From positions 57,536,001 to 57,600,000 of the forward strand of contig OX597826.1 of assembly GCA_951406725.2 (NCBI GenBank): a stretch of 64,000 nucleotides of DNA, given 5' to 3'. Positions 56,367-64,000 of the stretch are shown here, piece by piece. The notes beneath the pieces were generated by a model that saw only the letters and a list, made by a program, of their open reading frames with translations, was not told the DNA's origin and did no database searches. How positions within the stretch are numbered: the first letter of the stretch is position 1; the number at the start of each line of letters is the position of its first letter. A program made the translations under genes and the position numbers. Source of the DNA: Octopus vulgaris. Taxonomy: Eukaryota.

Positions 56367-56683
56367 CGATGGTTCGCAACCTTATTTTGTGTCTCGCCAC
56401 CCCTAGAAATATTTGATTAATTTTAGCACCCCTTCGACAGTAATATCACAGTTGAACATGAAAAGTTAACTTTCTATTGAATATTTTTTTTTAAAGCTAA
56501 ATTATTTATATCAAGTGTAGAATGATAAAGTGAATAAAATTGTTTTTAAAAATAACGTTTAATTCTCTTTATTCTGAAAAGCAATTTAAAAAAAGGCTGT
56601 ATACTTTTCCCTTTGTATCGTACTCTCTGAAATGCCATCTCGTAACCCTAGGAGCTGCGAGCGTCCCAAGTTGGGAACGTGTG
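56367..56683. mobile_element. Decayed hAT-like MITE
   Basis: Ends CGATGGTTCGCAACC and AGTTGGGAACGTGTG resemble CAGTGGTTCCCAAC-type TIRs; AT-rich interior; no clear TSD. Confidence 0.45.
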
Positions 56684-56799
56684 ACAAAAGGCCTCTACGT
56701 GATCGCTAGACGTGCAAAATCTCTCTCAAACTCCAGTCAACTATCTTAGAAGAAAACTTATATTAATGTTTTCAAAATTTGGCCAGCAATTTCAGGAGA

Positions 56800-56965
56800 G
56801 GAAGTTAGTTGAGTACTAAACTGGTACTTATTTTATCGACCCCGGAAGAACGAAAGGCAAAAATTTGACCTCGACGGGATTTGAACGTAGACCGTAAAAA
56901 GCCGAAAGAAATACCGCTAAGCATTTTATCCGTCGTCCTTAACAACTCTTCCTGCTTGCCGCCTT
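56800..56965 (-). mobile_element. Old SINE family B-related copy (CpGs retained)
   Basis: CTGGTACTTATTTTATCGACCCCGGAAGAACGAAAGGC...GAAATACCGCTAAGCATTT...GCCGCCTT. Confidence 0.75.
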
Positions 56966-57312
56966 ATTTATACTAATAATTCCTTCTACTTTTGGCACAA
57001 GACCAGTAATTTGAGGAAGAGGTTTAGTCGAGTATATCAACTTCAGTGTTCAATTAATGCTTATTTTATCGACCCAAAAGGATGACATGGGAAGTTGATT
57101 AATGCAGTTCACGGTACAGTACCTCGGGTTTTGGAAAATAGTCTTTGATCATAGGTCTGGTGGATTCAAACCCAAGTAGGGCTAAAGAGCAATAGTTATT
57201 TTAAGGCACCATGTATGGAATAACGCAGTTCTACGTAACACTACAATCGAATAGAAGGCGGATAGATCACGGCTCCAATGTCTTTGATCACTGATCTGTT
57301 GGGTCCATCTGG

Positions 57313-57400
57313 ATGTTAGTTAGTTAGTTAGTTAATTTTTGGCTCAAAAAGCAAGGCCATGTAGGGGGACATGGAGTTATATACAGGGTGGTGTTCATGT
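57313..57400 (-). mobile_element. Short non-LTR retroelement 3' end with (TAAC)n tail
   Basis: Minus strand: ...CCATGTCCCCCTACATGGCCTTGCTTTTTGAGCCAAAAAATT(AACT)n, a stem-loop followed by a microsatellite tail. Confidence 0.45.
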
Positions 57401-57960
57401 AGGTCTAAACAACTTTATTTTTTCCAATTATTATTACTCCATAGGCACGAAGGACTTTGAGGTTATGACGTTCATTCACTTCGAAAAAGCAATAGTGAAA
57501 TTATGTAATGCGGTTTCAACGGCGAATCTAGTCACAGAGTTTGTTCATCGAGAATATACACCCTAATATCAATACAATCCACCACAAGGCCCATTCCTTG
57601 TCTGCTTCAGTGACCCTGGGAGTTTGTCAGCTGAACGAAAGTTCTTAGTAGAGCCTCCTAAGATGGACATGTCAAAGGATAGAAGCCAGATTAATATGGG
57701 ACCACCACTTCTCGGATAAAAATGATGAAAAGAACAAAGTTTCAGAAAGATCGATCACAATTCAAAATCAACAAAACCTGGGAGAGGAAGGCTTCTCTTC
57801 AGGGAAACATATAACGGTGTGGGATACTGAGGTGGGGGTTGAGAAAAAAGGGGATCTAACAGGAGAGAAGCAGAAAAGACAGCCCAAAGTCGGTAAAATT
57901 GTCGATGACCTTATGCTACAGAGAGCGAAAGGCTTAACACACATATTCTGACACAATACC

Positions 57961-58374
57961 TATTTCTTTACTACCCACAAGGGGCTAAACACAGGGAGGA
58001 CAAACAAGGACAGACAAACGGATTAAGTCGATTATATCGACTCCAGTGCGTAACTGGTACTTATTTAATCGACCCCGAAAGGATGAAAGGCAAAGTCGAC
58101 CTCGGCGGAATTTGAACTCAGAACGTAACGGCAGACGAAATACCTATTTCTTTATTACCCACAAGGGGCTAAACACAGAGGGGACAAACAAGGACAGACT
58201 TAGGTATTAAGTCGTTTACATCGACTCCAGTGCGTAACTGGTACTTATTTAATCGACCCCGAAAGGATGAAAGGCAAAGTCGACCTCGGCGGAATTTGAA
58301 CTCAGAACGTACGGCAGACGAAATACCACTAAGCATCTCGCCCGGCGCGCTAACGTTTCTGCCAGCTCGCCGCC
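57961..58374 (-). mobile_element. SINE family B head-to-tail dimer
   Basis: A 5'-truncated copy (57961-58144) is joined to a full copy (58145-58374). A single TSD, TCTGACACAATACC, flanks the pair. Confidence 0.93.
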
Positions 58375-59050
58375 ATCTGACACAATACCTCGGTCATTTC
58401 TTCAAACATATGGTGGAATTTGTATTTTTGATTTTGTTAGCCCCTATATACAAGTCATCCTGATTCAATGTTGCATCCTTTCGTTTATGAAGACAAGAAT
58501 ATGTGATCTAAGGGTGGCTGTGTTTGCTGTTTCGAGCAAGTCGAGGTACAAGATAGAGAGGCTCTACACACACACACACACACTGGCTAATTCTTGATTC
58601 TTGAAATAATCCCCCCCCTTCTCATTTGGAATTGGTCCCAAACGCTACCAGGCGATCGTTCTACTTTCGCTAGAAGCGGAGATAATTTCAGTAATTCAAG
58701 CACATAACTTGTATGGTATTTAATACACCTTTATTTATCTTTGTTGTTCAAATACATGCCACTGGTCAATGAGTTGTTTCTCTTAGCTCATTTTCGTTTT
58801 ACACATATATATATACATTCAACTAAGTGTATTTATTGCATATTTGCACATATACTGTATTCTGATGCTTGTATCTATTACGTATACACTTTACGTTGCT
58901 TTTAGCTATGTATTTAATGAATGAATGAATGAACGGATAGATAAACAGACAGACAAATATGCAAAAGCATGGCAAGGGTAATTGGCTAAGAAGTTTGCTG
59001 AGTAGTTATAAGATCCCAGGTTTGATCCAACTGTGTGTTGTCTTTATTGT

Positions 59051-59452
59051 ACTCTTTACTCTCTTTACTTGTTTCAGTCATTTGACTGCGGCCATGCTGG
59101 AGCACCGCCTTTAGTCGAGCAAATCGACCCCGGGACTTATTCTTTGTAAGCCCAGTACTTATTCTATCGGTCTCTTTTGCCGAACCGCTAAGTGACGGGG
59201 ACGTAAACACACCAGCATCGGTTGTGAAGCAATGCTAGGGAGACAAACACAGACACACAAACACACACATACATATATATACATATACATATATACGACA
59301 GGCTTCTTTCAGTTTCCGTCTACCAAATCCACTCACAAGGCATTGGTCGGCCCGGGGCTATAGCAGAAGACACTTGCCCAAGATGCCACGCAGTGGGACT
59401 GAACCCGGAACCATGTGGTTGGTTAGCAAGCTACTTACCACACAGCCACTCC
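59051..59452 (-). mobile_element. SINE family A nested in an older SINE
   Basis: Full family A copy. Flanks 58965-59040 and 59453-59490 look like a decayed SINE head and body. Confidence 0.92.
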
Positions 59453-60361
59453 AGTAAGTGAAATTGGGAAATAGTGTAGAAGCCCGCTAGATGGATGGAT
59501 TGTACAGTAATTCAAAGAAGTAGCATTGTCGCCTATTGTGATACACTGTTTCGGTTTGGGAAGTATGTTAAGGATACACGTGTCTGTGGAATACTCGGCC
59601 AATTACTGTTAATTTAACGAATAGATGGTTCAGCTGATCTTACAACTTAAATGACTGGTCAACCGGTAAAGCTCACTGGACATAATACAAACAAAGTAAT
59701 CATATCCTTTCATTAGTTGATAGAAGGTCAAGGCAATTTCAGCACATTAACTGCCGTATTCAAAGGGTTTAATAAATGCCAGGGCTGCAAATTGGAGCTT
59801 CAGCGGAATTCTTGCTTCTGTTGAGTCTCTGTTCGTGATGGCCTCCTATTGTCAGTTCCAATCTCCTTTTGGAGATCTGTAGAGGAAACATTAACAAGTT
59901 TGCTCGCGTGTTTCATGAGAATGTCTAGGATAGGTTTAACAAAAAGTAAACGAAAAATTAACTTGCATGGCTTCTCTTTGTTCAAGGGCCAAGCTTCAAG
60001 TGCCTACTCTAATTTCCCCTTAAACGGTACACCTTGCACAATCGTCACCGGTTGTCTTTTCCTCTAGTCCAAAGACATCAGTCTAGCGTTCTATGTCACG
60101 TCTTGTGTGCTGTTTGTCTTAGCTACACGAGCAAATTTTTTTCAGTTAATTTTGTATACTCGTTGTGGTGGTCCTGTTTTAGATACCATCCCAGCCACGC
60201 TGGAGCACCCTCGCTTCAGCAACGTGGGGCGGCTGTGATATCTTCAGTCAACGGCTGATGAATATGGTTACCTAGTTTGTATCTTGCTCTGTGTGTTTTA
60301 GCATTTTCTCTTCTATTTTGATGGCAACACTTAGCCAAAAACAAAAGCAAAATATCCACTT

Positions 60362-60602
60362 GTATGCATGCATGTATGTATGTATGTATGTATGTATGTA
60401 TGTATGTATGTATGTATGTATGTATGTATGTATGTATGTATGTATGTATGTATGTATGTATGTATGCATGCATGTATGTATGTATGTATGTATGTATGTA
60501 TGTATGTATGTATGTATGTATGAATGTACATGCAAACACATACAAATACGTTTGCATATGTACTCGTTTGTGTGTATGTTTGTACATATATGCACGCGTG
60601 TG

Positions 60603-60644
<42 letters not shown>

Positions 60645-60657
60645 CACACACATGTGT

Positions 60658-60709
<52 letters not shown>

Positions 60710-60712
60710 CAG
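60362..60712. repeat. (TATG)n, (TA)n and (GTA)n microsatellites
   Basis: Directly visible. Confidence 0.96.
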
Positions 60713-61199
60713 CAGCAAAGACAGCAGTAGATAAAAACATTTAGAGATTTAACAGTTTATATAGTGTTTGATTACTGACTGTGTGAGGTGCTTTTATCGA
60801 CTGAGATCAGACATAATCAAGGGCTGAACATCAAACATCAGTAGCAGCCAGGGCTGCCGTGTTACATGTGTGAAAGACAAGATTATATATAAACAATTTG
60901 ATTATGGTTTTTATTGTTTAGCTCACTTATTATTGCTTAAACATGCAAATGTCACATTAAATAAAGATTAGCGAGTTCAAATTCACAAGGGAGACCCACA
61001 ACTGGTGGTCTTTTGCATATATATATATATATTATATATATTTAACACGCACCAGTTGTGTGTGGTGTGTGTGCATGTGTGTGCAAATTATTGCTTCCGA
61101 GTTTTGGGGGTCGTAAAAATGTTTCCTTGTGCTATTTTGCAATTTGTTTTTAAGCGAAACTTAGGGAATAGACTAAGTTGGTGGGGATCCGAATTAACC

Positions 61200-61332
61200 C
61201 ACTAGCGTAGCTAGAGAGTGTACCGCCCGGCGCGGCCTTTCCGTCTGCCGTCCAGGGACCCCACAAAAATCTCATATTGCCTACAGCAGACCCAGAAGTG
61301 CCGCCCCTACCGCCCCACTAGCTACGCTAGTG
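61200..61332. mobile_element. 133-bp hAT-like MITE
   Basis: Perfect 15-bp TIR CACTAGCGTAGCTAG / CTAGCTACGCTAGTG and 8-bp TSD AATTAACC (61192-61199, 61333-61340); GC-rich interior. Confidence 0.9.
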
Positions 61333-61484
61333 AATTAACCACACCAACCAAACTTGTGTGTGTGCTTGTCTCTCACCGATTGACAACTAGTGTTGGTGTA
61401 TATGCATTACCATTACTTAGCAGTCCCAGCAATTGTTGAGAAAAACAAGAAATTTATCTAAAAATTGTATGAGATGATGGAATG

Positions 61485-61890
61485 GTGACCGGTAATAAAG
61501 TTAAAGGCGGCGAGCTGGCAGAAACGTTAGCACGCCGGGCGAAATGCGTAGCCGTATTTCGTCTGCCGCTACGTTCTGAGTTCAAATTCCGCCGAGGTTG
61601 ACTTTGCCTTTCATCCTTTCGGGGTCGATAAATTAAGTACCAGTTACGCACTGGCGTCGATGTAATCGACTTAATCCGTTTGTCTGTCCTTGTTTGTCCT
61701 CTCTGTGTTTGGCCCCTTGTGGGTAGTAAAGAAATGAGTAATAAAGTTACAGGGAAAAAGTCACAGTAAAAAGTCACAATCTTGGCTTGGGAAAAAAGTC
61801 ACAATTAATTTATGGGATTCGGACCCTACACCCAATCCGGATAAAACCCCTGTGACTTTATTATCGTGACTTTTTTTAAAACCTGGATTC
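61485..61890. mobile_element. MITE-like element with repeated AAAAAGTCAC motifs, split by SINE B
   Basis: Three AAAAAGTCAC copies at 61754-61803 and inverted GTGACTTT copies at about 61852-61877. Confidence 0.5.
61505..61736 (+). mobile_element. SINE family B (full length, young)
   Basis: AGGCGGCGAGCTGGCAGAAACGTTAGC...GGGTAGTAAAGAAAT; TSD GTAATAAAGTTA. Confidence 0.95.
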
Positions 61891-61999
61891 GATGGAATTT
61901 GGCATCGTTAACCAAATCTGTGTGTTGCTGGAACATACCGGGACAAGAAAAAAGTTCCTTCGACCAGCGACCTTAGGAATGTAGGAACGCGAGTTTTAA

Positions 62000-62195
62000 T
62001 TCCAGGCCAGCCCTGACTGAGCGCACCTATGATCAAAAGCATTCTAGTCTTAACTGCGTTTTTCGTTCTGTATAACTATGACGACATTGCTCAATGTATC
62101 CTTCATGTTTTACGACGGTAGGGTGTGATTTGAGGAGAAATTAGTTGCTATGTTTAGAAAGGTAAGCGACTACAAAGAAGCTCCTTTGTCGGCTT
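62000..62195 (+). mobile_element. Ancient dispersed repeat (family E), best-preserved copy
   Basis: CAGCCCTGACTGAGCGCACCTATGATCAAAAGCATTC...GGTAGGGTGTGATTTGAGG...GCTA. Decayed relatives occur near 4020, 5690, 12450, 18350, 27650, 30410, 31200, 37960, 41440 and 45080. Confidence 0.65.
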
Positions 62196-62640
62196 ATACG
62201 AATCTGAGTTGTGTTTTTTAGTACAAGAAACTAGGAAAACAAAGTACGGTTCCCGCAATAAGTTGGTACAAGGGAGAAGTTATAGACTCCAATGGAAGAG
62301 AACGAGACACAGCGAGAGAATGAGAGGAAGACAGAGAGATGGAGAAGTAAGATAAGCGAGGACAATTTATGAAAGACAGATCTTTAGCAAGAGGTGGTGT
62401 CTAGATGCTCATGCAGATGGCTTGCTCAAAGGAAATGCGCACCTCATATGATTTCTTATGGTCACTACACTAAATAAATAAAAAGGACAAAGTACTGTTG
62501 ATTAAGGGCTATCAGTGGTCGATCACGACTTATCGAACATAGATAAGCCAGTAGCGTGGCTGGCGGGGGAAAGGTCAGACGAACCCGAGCGATGCTTTTA
62601 TAGTACCCGGTACTTTTGAGTCCGCTATATAAGGGTCTTA

Positions 62641-63017
62641 GACCAGTGACATAGCTTGTGTGTGTGGGCGTCCGGAGCAGCTCTCGAGTTTGCAGCCTTC
62701 TACTTCGGTATATCATGCTTTATAGACCCTTACATATACTTCTTTACTGCCCACAAGGGGCTAAACATAGAGGGGACAAACAAGGACAGTCAAAGTGCGT
62801 AACTGGTCGATAAATTAAGTACCAGTTACGCACTGGAGTCGATATAATCGACTTAATCCGTTTGACTGTCCTTGTTTGTCCCCTCTATGTTTAGCCCCTT
62901 GTGGGCAGTAAAGAAATATATATAAAGGGTCTATAAAGCATGATATACCGAGGTAGAAGGCTGCAAACTCGAGAGCTGCTCTGGACGCCCACACACACAC
63001 AAGCTATGTCACTGGTC
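62641..63017. repeat. Fold-back inverted duplication (SINE B 3' half plus ~97 bp flank)
   Basis: 62641-62807 is the reverse complement of 62821-63017, apart from a 27-nt gap and a few mismatches; 13-nt loop. Confidence 0.93.
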
Positions 63018-63128
63018 CAATCGATATAGGCGTTCTTTGATAGCAAAGTCCGGGGCTTTGTTGATTTTGCCATTCGGTCCCCTACATTGGAAGATAATCG
63101 GTGTAAGGGTTATATTACGTGTTTGTAT

Positions 63129-63345
63129 ACTCTTACTCTTTTACTCGTTTCAGTCATTTGACTGCGGCCATGCTGTAGCACCACCTTTAATCGAGCAACT
63201 CGACCCCGGGACTTATTCTTTGTAAGCCCAGTACTTATTCTATCGTTCTCTTTTGCCGAACCGCTAAGTGACGGGGACATAAACACACCAGCATCGGTTG
63301 TCAAGCAATGCTAGGGGGACAAACACGGACACACAAACACACGTC

Positions 63346-63415
<70 letters not shown>

Positions 63416-63590
63416 GACGGGCTTCTTTCAGTTTCCGTCTACCAAATCCAACTGACAAGGCTTTGGTGGATTTGGTCGGCCCGAGGCTATAGTAGAAGAC
63501 ACTTGCCCAAGATGCTACGCAGTGGGACTGAACCCGGAACCATGTGGTTGGTAAGCAAGCTACTTACCACACAGCCACTCCTGCGCCTAT
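63129..63590 (-). mobile_element. SINE family A (full length)
   Basis: Colinear family A copy with a long internal (TA)n. Confidence 0.93.
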
Positions 63591-64000
63591 GTGTAATTAA
63601 AACAAAAAGAGCGAAGAGAAATAACTTAAAGGTGTTGGTCAACAGCATAAATTTTGACGAAAACCAATAACGATCATCTAAATGCTATGCTCCAGTGAAT
63701 ACCTTGCCATAATGAGAAGAAACTTTATCCTTGAATAAATGCTAGGGAGCGCAATCAGATCGTGATGCCCCTTCTGACTATTTTAAAGTACCAAAAGTAA
63801 TGCGTCCTTTAATGAACGTGATAAAAGTACCAGATTAGATAATGGAGCCGATAAGAGCCTGATGCCCACTTAGTTTTTCTAGCAAAATCATATCGATGAA
63901 TAATAGGTCACAGTCTCTTCAACTAAAAACCCCAGAACTTCACTTGTACTTAGATTAAAGAACCGATGTGGATGAAACGCAAATCAACCCTCTTACGGAA

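Overview
AT-rich, microsatellite-dense eukaryotic non-coding DNA. The repeat landscape looks like a coleoid cephalopod (Octopus) genome, which is an inference. No intact protein-coding gene, rRNA, true tRNA or CRISPR array is supportable, and nearly all ORF-track entries are microsatellite or SINE translations. The window is dominated by tRNA-derived SINE families (my own labels: family A ~430 bp with an internal microsatellite, family B ~235 bp with a Meta-like core, family C with an RTE-like (GAT)n tail, family D/CORE-type). It also holds decayed LINE fragments (L1/Tx1-like, RTE-like, CR1/Jockey-like) and hAT- and piggyBac-like MITEs. The most notable observations are: a complete minimal type-I hammerhead ribozyme motif inside a ~310 bp inverted-repeat element embedded in (TA)n (46005-46047, minus strand); a SINE-associated fold-back inverted duplication (62626-63017); a 3' tail shared by SINE B and a Tx1/L1-like LINE, with a biased target motif and a template-jump dimer; and a sharp switch from CpG-depleted to CpG-retained DNA near 56.3 kb.
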